64,000 nucleotides of DNA, taken from positions 74,343 to 138,342 of the forward strand of contig WGMK01000010.1 of the NCBI GenBank assembly GCA_016125095.1, written 5' to 3'. Shown here one piece after another: positions 8,626 to 17,256 of this stretch. The position numbers and the translations under genes were made by a program. The notes below the pieces were generated by a model, which had not been told where the DNA came from, did no database searches, and saw only the letters and a list, made by a program, of their open reading frames with translations. Position 1 is the stretch's first letter. Each line of letters opens with the position of its first letter. The stretch is from Candidatus Hydrogenedens sp. (lineage in GTDB: Bacteria; Hydrogenedentota; Hydrogenedentia; Hydrogenedentales; JAEUWI01).

Positions 8626-8850
8626 TTGACCATGAACCCAATTACCAATCCCAATGCACCTAGTGCAGGCCCCCACCGGTCAGGCGATATCGCCGCCGTG
8701 CTTGGTACAAGGGTTACTTCGCTCGCGCCGATACGCGCTCACTTGATCGACAAGGGCATGATTTGGAGTCCCAGCTTTGGCGATACGGCTTTCACGGTGC
8801 CCCTATTCGATGAGTTCATGTGCCGGGTCATGCCCGGCACAGATTGGTAG
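8626..8850 (+). pseudogene. Truncated gene remnant: C-terminal winged-helix-like tail of an AAA-family ATP-binding protein, inside a 40%-GC island
   Basis: The frame opens only at 8623, right after an in-frame TAA, and starts at TTG. The ORF is 74 aa (...LIDKGMIWSPSFGDTAFTVPLFDEFM) with no upstream ATPase domain. The surrounding stretch 8521-8640 is conspicuously AT-rich compared with the 65% GC background. Confidence 0.4.
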
Positions 8851-8882
8851 GCTCTCGAGTCTGCGCGTACCGCTGCCGCTCC

Positions 8883-10928
8883 CTACGCCGTCTGGGGTTT
8901 TTTCGTCTTTCCGTGGTGGCCGGATTCCGGATTCGCCGCCGCGCGTTTGGGCAGCAGCGTATCGCCCATCAGCCACAGCGCGAATCCGGCCAGCAGCACG
9001 ATGCCCTCGAAGCCCCAGAAGAGGAAGAGGTTGAACCACACGCCCTTCACGAAGCCGTAGGAGTGCAGGCCCACGCCGAGGTTGTTCACGCCCCACCACG
9101 AGAAGGTGACGATGATGGCCATGATCACGGCGCCCATGTTGATGCCGAGCTCCTTGATGTAGCCGCCCATCTTGGCGTGCAGCACGCAGAGGCTCCACAG
9201 GCAGATCATCAGCGCGCCGTTCTCCTTGGGGTCCCAGCCCCAGAAGCGGCCCCAGCTGTCGTTGGCCCAGATGCCGCCGAGAATGGTGCCCACCACGGAG
9301 AACAGCAGCCCGAAGCAGAGCACGCCGTAGGTCATCTTGGTCACGTTCTGGTAGAACTTGCGGTCGGCAATCCGGATGCGCAGCACGCGTCCGATGATGT
9401 AGATGTGCGCGATCGCACCCGCCAGCATGCCCGCGGCGTAGCCGAAGGTCACGGTGGTCACGTGGGTCGACAACCAGAAGTTGGTGTCGAGCACGGCGAT
9501 AAGCGCGGGCATGGTATCCACGCCTTCCTTCATCTCGTAGCGGTTCGCGAGGAACATGCCCGCCGTGCCCAGCACGGCTGCCAGCGCAATTACGATGCGC
9601 TCCTTGTTCATCCATTCGATGATGAGCGCCGTCGCCACCGAGCACGCCGTGATGAACAGCACCGTCTCGTACAGCGTCGATACCGGCGGCCGCTCGCGGA
9701 TGATGCAGCGGATGGTGATACCGACGATGAGCAGGATGGTCGGAACCAGCACGGAGGCCTGCGTCGCATAGCGCCACCAGCGGTTGTACGGGAACACCCA
9801 CGAGAGCGCCACGATGAAGAAGGAAATCAGGTACAGCACCTGGCTGTTGGGAATCCACTTCATCCGGTAGAAGGAAACCTCCAGCGGCACCTTGTCGTAC
9901 TCGCCGCGCAGGCTGGCCGCGGCAGTCACCTTGCTGTGGAATTGCGCGGCCATCTTCTTGAACGCGTCGCGGTCGTTCACGAGCCCGGGCAGACGCTCGA
10001 GCAGACCAAGCATCTCGATGGGATTGTTCGAGGCCGCGTCGAGGTCCCGCACGTTGAAGGCGCGCGTGGCCATATCGGCCGGGGTCATCCAGGCCTGCTG
10101 GCTCGGCTCGGGGGGCGGAATCAGCGCCATGCCGTGGGTCGGGTTCAAGACGAATTCCAGCTCGTCCATCACACCGGCGATGGCCTTCGCTTCCTGGTTT
10201 ACCCGTTCCGGCGTCAGGCTGGTGCCCTCTTCGCGCAGCGCCTTCAACACTTCCGGCGCGCGCATCAGCAGCATGCTCAGGCTCGCGCCTCCGCGGTCGG
10301 TCAGTGCCGCGCCCATCGCAGAATCGGCCGGCGCCGTGTACGTGCGCCGCGCGAAATCGAAGTAATGCAGAATCTGATCGTACTGCAGGAAATTCTCGGC
10401 GAGATTGATGATCTGCTGCTCGACCGTCGTGCGGTCCGCCTGTTCCTTCTGGCGGTAGGCGTTGTCGAGCTCGAAGAGCTTCTGCGCGCCCTTTGCGATT
10501 TCGTTGTACGAATAGCGCGCGCGCTTCTTGTCGCCCGGGTCGATGCCGATGGCCGCCACGGCCTCGTAGTTGTCCACGATGAACTGGTGGTAATCCGCCG
10601 CGATTTCCGGGTAGAAGAGGCTGTACAGCAGCCAGGCAACCGGCTCTTTGATCTTGCCTTCCTCGCCCAGGTCGAGCGACCACTTGCCGTTGATCTTCAG
10701 CAGCGCGAAGCGGGCATAGGTATCCAGCGGCTTTACGCGGCCGCCGTCCTGCACCGGCAGCGTGGCGAACAGGTCCAGCGTCTCCTGGTCCCAGGGTTCG
10801 TAGGTAACGACCTTCGGGGCGGCATCGTCCGCGCTCGCGGCATCGTCCGCCGCCGGGGCGTCTTGCGCCAGAGCGCTGCCGGCGCAGAGCAGGCCCAGAA
10901 CTACAAGGGCGTGACTAAGCTTTTTCAT
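8883..10928 (-). CDS. ccsA: Cytochrome c biogenesis protein CcsA/ResC (System II) with an unusual N-terminal signal peptide plus a periplasmic domain of about 330 aa
   Basis: WGRFWGWDPKENGAL tryptophan-rich WWD motif and multiple TM helices. Signal peptide MKKLSHALVVLGLLCAGSALA. ATG at 10928 with AAGAGG upstream. Confidence 0.8.
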   Translation of the reverse strand: MKKLSHALVVLGLLCAGSALAQDAPAADDAASADDAAPKVVTYEPWDQETLDLFATLPVQDGGRVKPLDTYARFALLKINGKWSLDLGEEGKIKEPVAWLLYSLFYPEIAADYHQFIVDNYEAVAAIGIDPGDKKRARYSYNEIAKGAQKLFELDNAYRQKEQADRTTVEQQIINLAENFLQYDQILHYFDFARRTYTAPADSAMGAALTDRGGASLSMLLMRAPEVLKALREEGTSLTPERVNQEAKAIAGVMDELEFVLNPTHGMALIPPPEPSQQAWMTPADMATRAFNVRDLDAASNNPIEMLGLLERLPGLVNDRDAFKKMAAQFHSKVTAAASLRGEYDKVPLEVSFYRMKWIPNSQVLYLISFFIVALSWVFPYNRWWRYATQASVLVPTILLIVGITIRCIIRERPPVSTLYETVLFITACSVATALIIEWMNKERIVIALAAVLGTAGMFLANRYEMKEGVDTMPALIAVLDTNFWLSTHVTTVTFGYAAGMLAGAIAHIYIIGRVLRIRIADRKFYQNVTKMTYGVLCFGLLFSVVGTILGGIWANDSWGRFWGWDPKENGALMICLWSLCVLHAKMGGYIKELGINMGAVIMAIIVTFSWWGVNNLGVGLHSYGFVKGVWFNLFLFWGFEGIVLLAGFALWLMGDTLLPKRAAANPESGHHGKTKKPQTA

Positions 10929-12135
10929 GAGACTGCCTCTTCTTCTGCGCGCGCAGGTAAATCGCGAGCCGTTGCAGAAAGTGGATGGTAAGCCCGATAC
11001 CGATGATGTAGCAGGCGTACTTGGGCCATTGGTCCGCAGGGTTCTTCACCACGGAGAACACCGACGCGATCGGCGCGCGCGGATTGGTGGGGTCCTCCAC
11101 GAAGGAGGCCTGGAAGAAGGTGAATCCCTTGTGGCGGAGCGGTTCATTCATCTTGATTTCGACATCGCGCGAGGCATTGCCCTCGGTCATCGTCACGCGG
11201 CTTTCGAAATTGCTGGCCATGCCCGTGCGCGGGTGCTTCTGGTGGATGAACTTGTTCAGGGTAATCCGGAACGGCACGGGGAAGCGGTCATGCCGTAGGT
11301 CGATGGCGTAGCGCTGTCCCTGCACGGTCACGATCCACGGTGCCGCGGCCATGCCCCAGAGCAGGCCCACATGCGCGTCGCCGCCCTGCATCGTCGAAGC
11401 CGCGCCATGCGCCGAAGCCGCCGCGCCCGAGGCGTCCGCCGGGCGTTCCATCACCGTGGCGATCACGCCGGCCAGGTTGCGCTCGGCATCCTTCTGCATT
11501 TCCATCGGCTGCAGAATGACGCCGTCCACGCCCATCGCCATGATGGGCGGGGTCTGCTGCGGGGCGCAGTTGGGCATGTAGCCCTCAAGCAGCAGCGTGA
11601 AGGGCAGTTTTTCGGCGAAGAACGTACGGGTGTCCGAGGGGCCCATGTGCACGAATTCCTCGCCGGGAATCGTATAGGTCATCGGCGGGTCGGTGTCGAG
11701 CGAGACGATCTTGATGTTCCAGTCGTAGTAGCTCTGGAAGTGGTCGTCGCTTTCGCCCTCGTACAGGGTCATATGGCCGCTGGTCGAGAACTCATAGGTG
11801 ACGAAACCCGACACCAGCAGCAGCAGAATGCCGCCGTGGGCGATGAGCATGCCCGGCCGCGTCCAGCTCTTCGGCGCGCGCACAATGGCGCCGAGCGACA
11901 TGTTGATGAACAGCAGCACCATCAGCAGGTACACGCCGGGCAGCGGCAGGTGGAACCAGTCGTTGAATTCGTGAATCACGAACACCGACTCGAAGTACTT
12001 GCGCTGCACCTCGTAGAGGCCGGAGTCCACCTGCTCGATGGTACCGAAGAAGGTCAGCAACAAAAGGAAGAACAGCAGCACGCAGGCCAGGCCGTACGAG
12101 GCAAGGAAATTGACTACTCGTTTCAATATGTGCAC
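10915..12135 (-). CDS. ccsB: Cytochrome c biogenesis protein ResB/CcsB (System II)
   Basis: GTG start at 12135. N-terminal TM helix, large periplasmic domain and C-terminal TM helices, with ResB-like similarity. Overlaps ccsA by 14 nt. Confidence 0.75.
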   Translation of the reverse strand: MHILKRVVNFLASYGLACVLLFFLLLLTFFGTIEQVDSGLYEVQRKYFESVFVIHEFNDWFHLPLPGVYLLMVLLFINMSLGAIVRAPKSWTRPGMLIAHGGILLLLVSGFVTYEFSTSGHMTLYEGESDDHFQSYYDWNIKIVSLDTDPPMTYTIPGEEFVHMGPSDTRTFFAEKLPFTLLLEGYMPNCAPQQTPPIMAMGVDGVILQPMEMQKDAERNLAGVIATVMERPADASGAAASAHGAASTMQGGDAHVGLLWGMAAAPWIVTVQGQRYAIDLRHDRFPVPFRITLNKFIHQKHPRTGMASNFESRVTMTEGNASRDVEIKMNEPLRHKGFTFFQASFVEDPTNPRAPIASVFSVVKNPADQWPKYACYIIGIGLTIHFLQRLAIYLRAQKKRQSHEKA

Positions 12136-12168
12136 GTTAAACTTCTCAAGTACGGGCCGTCCGGCCGC

Positions 12169-13377
12169 TTAGTGTATCGAGGCGCAGAACGCGCGGAAAT
12201 TGTCCCGCTGCGCCGCAACTTCGGCTTCCGGTCCGACCATCTTCACAAAGAGCGCCTGCGCATCCGTCACGCGCGCGGTGCCCAACATCATATAGCCCGC
12301 CGAGGCGCCCCCGCTCATCCCGGTATATTCGCCTGTGATTTCGATAATCGGCGAGGGCACGCCCGCGATATCCACGGTTTCGAGGGCCGCGATGGCTGCG
12401 CTGTCCAGCGCGGGCTGCCCCATCTGGCCGCGCCAGCGGTTCAGATTTGATTCCAAGCCGCCGCCCGTGCCGCCCAGAACCGCCACATAGCACTCGGTGT
12501 TCGGGCTGATATTGAACGTAACCGAACGCATCGGGCGGTCGCCGGCATTTTCCCAGCCGGCTGGCACTTCGTATTGCACGTTCGATGCGTCGATGGAAGC
12601 GCCCGAGCCCGACGGTTCCATGCCCGCTTCCGGCACCGGGGGAGTAGTCGGCTCCACCGCCGGGGTCGCCGGCGACGCCGCGGCCGCTGTAGCGCTCAAT
12701 CCGCCGGATTCCATAATGGACTGACAGAACTCATTGAATTGCGCCAACTGGTCGGCGAGCACGGCCTTCGGGCCGGTCATCTTCACAAAATAGGCACGGC
12801 CCTGGTCGATAAGAATCAGGCCGTACATCATGTAATCCGGCGCGGCCTCGGTACCCATGCCGGTGTAGGCCCCCTCGTACATGAGGAACTTTGCGCTCTT
12901 GAGCAGCAGCGGCTTTTCGGGAATCGCTCCCACCTGATCGTCGGTAATCGGCTCCAAGCCGATCTGGCGTCGCCACCGGTTGATGTTTTCGGTCAGGCCG
13001 CCGCCATCACCAGGCAGCACGGTGAAGTAGCACTCCGCCTCGGGGTGTCCCGAAACCTGCAGGTTGGCCAGGCGCATGCTCGTGGGAGCAAGTTCTTCCC
13101 ATCCCGACGGTACCTGCCAGGTGAACTCCGGCGCGGAGGAATCCGCACTCATGTCGCCTCCGGCCATCGGCGCGGCGCCCATGCCGGGCTTCACGTCGCC
13201 CACCTGAATGGGCTGTAGCCGCATGCGGTCCATCGTGCTCATGTCGCGTGCGGCCGTTTCTTCGCCGTTGGCCGGCCGCACGTCGGTGATTTCCTGTGTC
13301 GGCGTGTATTCTTTGCTGCAGCCGAAGGGAAGCGCTGCGAGCAGAACAAGACTACAAATAATTCGGAATTGTCGCAT
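12169..13377 (-). CDS. Lipoprotein with an internal tandem duplication (two domains of about 110 aa), at the head of the ccsB-ccsA operon
   Basis: Internal ATG at 13377 (MRQFRIICSLVLLAALPFGC lipobox). The duplicated units are ..TWQVPSGWEELAPTSMRLANLQVSGHPEAECYFTVLPGDGGGLTENINRWRRQIG.. and ..QYEVPAGWENAGDRPMRSVTFNISPNTECYVAVLGGTGGGLESNLNRWRGQMG.. Confidence 0.65.
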   Translation of the reverse strand: MRQFRIICSLVLLAALPFGCSKEYTPTQEITDVRPANGEETAARDMSTMDRMRLQPIQVGDVKPGMGAAPMAGGDMSADSSAPEFTWQVPSGWEELAPTSMRLANLQVSGHPEAECYFTVLPGDGGGLTENINRWRRQIGLEPITDDQVGAIPEKPLLLKSAKFLMYEGAYTGMGTEAAPDYMMYGLILIDQGRAYFVKMTGPKAVLADQLAQFNEFCQSIMESGGLSATAAAASPATPAVEPTTPPVPEAGMEPSGSGASIDASNVQYEVPAGWENAGDRPMRSVTFNISPNTECYVAVLGGTGGGLESNLNRWRGQMGQPALDSAAIAALETVDIAGVPSPIIEITGEYTGMSGGASAGYMMLGTARVTDAQALFVKMVGPEAEVAAQRDNFRAFCASIH

Positions 13378-13634
13378 TACCAGACTCCTGACCCGGCGAG
13401 GGTATCCCGCTGAACAATGGCGGGTCTTCTGTAGATATTCGCCGCACATCTTTAATGGTGTCGCGGACACTCGGTAAGTCTACTCAGCGTCGGCGCTAGG
13501 GTGCAACGTAAACAGGCTTTTCAAGTGTTTACAGCGCGACGCATTCCTTCAAGGGCGTGATCCGCAGTTTCCATTAGACGCGGTCCGCTTTGGCGTGCTT
13601 ACAAGACCGCGTAACCCCGGCGAGGGTGTCGTTG

Positions 13635-13640
13635 TATACT
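13635..13640 (+). promoter_or_regulatory. Candidate -10 element (TATACT) for the graspetide precursor, about 22 nt upstream of the ATG; GGAGG SD at 13650-13654
   Basis: gttgTATACTgcaataaccGGAGGtaactgccATG. Confidence 0.35.
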
Positions 13641-13662
13641 GCAATAACCGGAGGTAACTGCC

Positions 13663-13836
13663 ATGAAGCGAACCAAACCGCTCACGAAACGCTTGTTCAT
13701 CGAGGAACTCGAGACCCCGCGACCGGCCGATTCGGGCATCGTGACGACGCTCGCCATCGGCGAAGAATGCGACAAGGGCGACAGCAAGGGCATCGTGACC
13801 ACGTTCGCGCTCGGCGAAGAGTCCGAACTCAGCTAG
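13663..13836 (+). CDS. Graspetide (omega-ester-containing RiPP) precursor peptide, plesiocin-like group 2: leader with an LFIEELE motif and two TTxxxxEE core repeats (57 aa)
   Basis: MKRTKPLTKRLFIEELETPRPADSGIVTTLAIGEECDKGDSKGIVTTFALGEESELS. Strong SD GGAGG 8 nt upstream. This ORF is absent from the ORF track because it is under 60 aa. Its stop lies 3 nt before the ATP-grasp start. Confidence 0.7.
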   Translation: MKRTKPLTKRLFIEELETPRPADSGIVTTLAIGEECDKGDSKGIVTTFALGEESELS

Positions 13837-13839
13837 CGC

Positions 13840-14769
13840 ATGCCGGGTTCAGATTCCGGCGCGGTATGGCTGTTCGGCGGCACGGGCGATGCGCAAGTGC
13901 TGCGCGTGGCGTCCGCGCTCAAAGCGCTGGGCAGCCGTCTGGTGCTGTTCGATACGGCCGCGTTTCCGGAGCAGGAACGCTGGAGCCTGTCGCTCGACGG
14001 ACTCCATGTTGCGGGTGCGCTGGTGCCGTGGCCGCGCTCGGTGTATGTGCGCGGCCTCGCCTGCCATGCCCTGATGCCGTCGCTGGAAGAAACGCTGTTG
14101 AAACATCCCCGGCGTGTGGTCGCAGCGATGGAAGAGAAGCGCGCGTTCTTGCATTCTCTGCTGCTGATAGCCCGGGACCGCGGGGCCCTGCTCGTGAATT
14201 CCCCGGAGGTCAATGCCCAGCACAGTCGCAAGCCTTACCAGCTGGCGCTGTTCCGGACCGCCCAATTGCCGGTGCCGGAAACCCTTTCGACGAACGACCC
14301 CGATCTCCTGAAGGCCTGGCTGCAGGACATTGGTGCGGCGGTTTACAAGCCGCTGGCCGGCGGCGCGACCGTGGTACGGGTGTCCCCGGAGGACGTGTGC
14401 GAGGAGCGGCTTTCAGCGCTCGACGCGGCCCCGGTGTTGTTTCAGCAATTGATTGAGGGCGTGCCGGTCCGCGTCTATGTTGTCGGGGGTGCTATTGTGG
14501 CGGCGGCCGAGATTCATTCAAAGGAACTGGATTACCGTCGCGGCGAGGAGGCCGTCGCACCGACGCAGCTTACGCCGGAAGAGACGGATATCGCAGTCCG
14601 GGCGGCGGCTGCAACGCACATGCCGTTCAGCGGGGTCGATTTGATACGGGCGGCAGGCAAGACCTGGCTGCTGGAGTGCAACCCCTCGCCGATGTTCGCG
14701 GCCTTTGAACTGAAGACCGGACTCGATGTGGCCGGACCGCTGGCCCGCCTATTGGCGGGCGCATCCTGA
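13840..14769 (+). CDS. RimK-type ATP-grasp ligase; predicted graspetide macrocyclase
   Basis: 309 aa with ATP-grasp fold features (VYKPLAGGATVVRV, LFQQLIEGVPVRVYVVGG, GVDLIR...WLLECNPSPMF). Directly follows the precursor. Confidence 0.75.
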   Translation: MPGSDSGAVWLFGGTGDAQVLRVASALKALGSRLVLFDTAAFPEQERWSLSLDGLHVAGALVPWPRSVYVRGLACHALMPSLEETLLKHPRRVVAAMEEKRAFLHSLLLIARDRGALLVNSPEVNAQHSRKPYQLALFRTAQLPVPETLSTNDPDLLKAWLQDIGAAVYKPLAGGATVVRVSPEDVCEERLSALDAAPVLFQQLIEGVPVRVYVVGGAIVAAAEIHSKELDYRRGEEAVAPTQLTPEETDIAVRAAAATHMPFSGVDLIRAAGKTWLLECNPSPMFAAFELKTGLDVAGPLARLLAGAS

Positions 14770-14831
14770 ACAAAGAGCGGGGCCGCCCCGCGAATCGGGA
14801 CGGCCCCGGCGTGGTCAATTATTCGGTCGCG

Positions 14832-15116
14832 TTATGCGCAGCAGGCCGCGTCGGCCGTGCAGCATTCAGCCTTCGGAGCGTCGCAGCAGGCCGAAGCCGG
14901 GGCGCAGCAAGCCGCGTCGGCAACACAGCAATCGGCGGCGCTGGCACTGCAGCAGGCCGTCGCGCAGGCATCGGCGCAGCAGTTACCCGTGCAGTTGCAT
15001 GCCGCACAGGCGCAGCTTGCGCCGCAGCAGTCGCAGCTGGCCGAACCGGCCCACGCAAAGCCACCCAATACGGCCACGGCCGCGAACACGATGGAGAGAG
15101 CTATCCACTTTTTCAT
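14832..15116 (-). CDS. Secreted Cys-rich mini-protein (94 aa; mature part about 71 aa with 22 Cys and CC/CxC motifs)
   Basis: Signal peptide MKKWIALSIVFAAVAVLGGFAWA followed by GSASCDCCGASCACAACNCTGNCCADACATACCSASAADCCVADAACCAPASACCDAPKAECCTADAACCA. Confidence 0.45.
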   Translation of the reverse strand: MKKWIALSIVFAAVAVLGGFAWAGSASCDCCGASCACAACNCTGNCCADACATACCSASAADCCVADAACCAPASACCDAPKAECCTADAACCA

Positions 15117-15240
15117 GGTAGGAACCTTTCGTCGTTCCGCATCGCAATGCGGGAGTTGTTGAAATCAAAGCCAGGTTTCGGTGGGGGATGCGCCGGAATT
15201 TCCGCAGTCGGAACAGCGGTCCGGGCGCATCAAGGCTTTG

Positions 15241-15690
15241 TCAACAACGGAAACGCGAAAGGACAGTACAGCGCTCGGCACTGGTGCAGCCGGACGTAAA
15301 GACCGGCATTACGACGGTACGTTCCGCCGGCAGCGCGATGGCAGGAGCAAGCGCGACCATGCTGAGCGGCGCGCTTTCCTGCGACACGATGCTGCGGTTG
15401 CGGTCGGGCAAGGTCGCCGGGTCCGCACCATCCGAGGATTTCATACTGCAATGGCAGGACGACGCGTGGGCGGTTTCGACACCCTGAGGGGCATCGCAGC
15501 AGGAGGAGGTGCGCGTTGCTTCCTCTGCAGGTGCAGAGCAACAGGAGCTTTCAGCAGAGGTGGCGCATCCGGAGCAACTGCTTTCGACCGCGCAGGCATC
15601 GCCGCAGGCGCACGCCGCTGCATGCAGCGGAGCGCCTACCATGGCCAGTACCATGGCGAGTGCAGCCATCCATCGGGTCGTGTTCAACAT
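15241..15690 (-). CDS. Secreted Cys-rich protein 2 (149 aa), tandem with the previous gene
   Basis: Internal ATG at 15690 with AGGAG upstream. MLNTTRWMAALAMVLAMVGAPLHAA signal peptide, then ACACGDACAVESSCSGCATSAESSCCSAPAEEATRTSSCCDAP...SSCHCS. Confidence 0.45.
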   Translation of the reverse strand: MLNTTRWMAALAMVLAMVGAPLHAAACACGDACAVESSCSGCATSAESSCCSAPAEEATRTSSCCDAPQGVETAHASSCHCSMKSSDGADPATLPDRNRSIVSQESAPLSMVALAPAIALPAERTVVMPVFTSGCTSAERCTVLSRFRC

Positions 15691-15859
15691 TACGAAACGT
15701 TTACTCCTGTCTGCATTGTACACCAGACCGGTAGAAACTGCACGGAAATTCTTCCGCGGCAGCAATTCATGTCGTCCGGCCTCAAAAAGCGCTTGGTTCA
15801 GTACGGCGCGCATCTGCTACTATCCAGCACGGTTTCGACTGCGGAGAAGGAAACGGACC

Positions 15860-16237
15860 ATGCCAACACGCAGAGCATTCTTGGCAGGTAGTCTCGGGGC
15901 GGCGGCACTGGCGGCCGTGCCGGGCATGGCTGCGGCGCAGCCGGCGGAAGCGCTGGGCGCCTGGCTGGGCGTGCAGGATATCGGCCCGGTTTACTACGTG
16001 CATGCGCGCGCCGCGGGCGCTTGCGCCCAGCCCTGGCGCGCGGCCATTTTCGAGGCCCTGGGCCGCCGCACGATGCACGCGGAGCTGTGCTACGGCGAGC
16101 GCGGCGGCGAGACGCTCTACACCACGGTCATGGACAACGGCACCAAGATGGACCTGACCGAACGTCCGGAGGCCGACGAGGCGGTTATCGAGATCACGTT
16201 CCGCGGCGCGAAGGGTACCGCGGTTTTCCACGCGTAA
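15860..16237 (+). CDS. Small Tat-signal protein of unknown function (125 aa)
   Basis: ATG at 15860 with GGAGAAGGA upstream. MPTRRAFLAGSLGAAALAAVPGMAAAQPAEA twin-arginine signal. Confidence 0.55.
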   Translation: MPTRRAFLAGSLGAAALAAVPGMAAAQPAEALGAWLGVQDIGPVYYVHARAAGACAQPWRAAIFEALGRRTMHAELCYGERGGETLYTTVMDNGTKMDLTERPEADEAVIEITFRGAKGTAVFHA

Positions 16238-16270
16238 GACGCGCGACACCAACGGGAAGGAAGCAGAACG

Positions 16271-17224
16271 ATGGGCATGGAAATGGGACGCCGCGGATTT
16301 CTGGGCGCTGCGGCTGCGGGCGCGGGATTGGCCGCCTTGCCGGGCGGCACCGCCGAGGCCGCGAAGCAGAAACAGAAGCGCTACCAGAATAAGGTCAGCC
16401 CGTTCCCCATCATCATGAACACGAGCACCATCCGGCCCGCGTCGCTGCAGGACAAGATCCGCGTGACGCAGGAAGCCGGCTACGATGGCATCGAGCTGTG
16501 GATCGACGACATCGCCAACTTCGAGAAAGACGGCGGCAATGTCGAGGACCTGGGTAAGGACATCCGCGACCGCGGCCTGTTCGTGCACGACGTAATCGGC
16601 CTGTGGAGCTGTATGCCGGCGACGCCCGAGGAGTTCGAAGCCTCGCTCGTCGAAACGCGCGAGCGTCTGCGGCTGATTTCGCTGGTGGGCTCCAAACACG
16701 CTGCGGCCATTCCCACGCCCGACCGCGAGGACTTCGACCTGGCCTGGGGCACGCATTGCTACAAGACGCTGCTCGACATCGGCATGAACGACTACAACGT
16801 GCATGTGGCCTTCGAGTTCATCGGCTTCCTCAAGGGCGTGCACCGGCTGGGCCAGGCGCTGGCCGTGGCCTTCGACACGAACGACGACCGCGCCTGCCTG
16901 ATTAACGACACGTTCCACCTGTTCCGCGGCGGCTCGGGCTTCAATTGCATGAAGCTGCTGCAGGGCAAGTTCACGGCGGACCTGCACTTCAACGATGTTC
17001 CCGGCGACATCCCGCGCGAACAGGCGGGCGACGAGCACCGCGTGATGCCGGGCGATGGCGTGCTGCCGCTCACCGGCATGCTGCAGGACATGGTCGCCAC
17101 GGGCTATACCGGCCCGCTGTCCCTCGAAATCTTCAACCGCACCTATTGGGAAATGGACCCCGGCGAAGTCGCCAAGATCGGCCTGGACAAAACCCTCGCT
17201 GTGGTCGACGCTGCGGGCGTGTAA
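16271..17224 (+). CDS. Sugar phosphate isomerase/epimerase (xylose-isomerase-like TIM barrel) with a Tat signal
   Basis: [21 protein letters not shown] Tat motif and AP-endonuclease-2/XylA-like TIM barrel features. SD GGAAGGA. Confidence 0.75.
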   Translation: MGMEMGRRGFLGAAAAGAGLAALPGGTAEAAKQKQKRYQNKVSPFPIIMNTSTIRPASLQDKIRVTQEAGYDGIELWIDDIANFEKDGGNVEDLGKDIRDRGLFVHDVIGLWSCMPATPEEFEASLVETRERLRLISLVGSKHAAAIPTPDREDFDLAWGTHCYKTLLDIGMNDYNVHVAFEFIGFLKGVHRLGQALAVAFDTNDDRACLINDTFHLFRGGSGFNCMKLLQGKFTADLHFNDVPGDIPREQAGDEHRVMPGDGVLPLTGMLQDMVATGYTGPLSLEIFNRTYWEMDPGEVAKIGLDKTLAVVDAAGV

Positions 17225-17256
17225 TTCCCGTTACCCCCAACAAGAGAGAGCAGTAC

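Noticed and set aside
8521-8640. tRNA or integration site in the AT-rich island
   Set aside because: No cloverleaf-compatible sequence (no GTTC-type T-arm or matching acceptor stems) and no direct repeats were found, and there is no integrase gene.
8803-10991. 626-aa (-) and 723-aa (+) alternative-frame ORFs overlapping ccsA
   Set aside because: The ccsA frame carries the WWD motif and TM helices. These alternative frames are Arg/His/Gly-rich noise.
14811-15299. Plus-strand Ala/Gln-rich ORFs (162 aa, 101 aa) over the Cys-rich gene region
   Set aside because: They have no signal peptide or SD. The minus-strand frames carry convincing Sec signal peptides, so the plus-strand ORFs are treated as shadows.
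15782-17038. 418-aa minus-strand ORF over the Tat-protein and isomerase genes
   Set aside because: It is antisense to two genes with clear Tat signals and a TIM-barrel layout.
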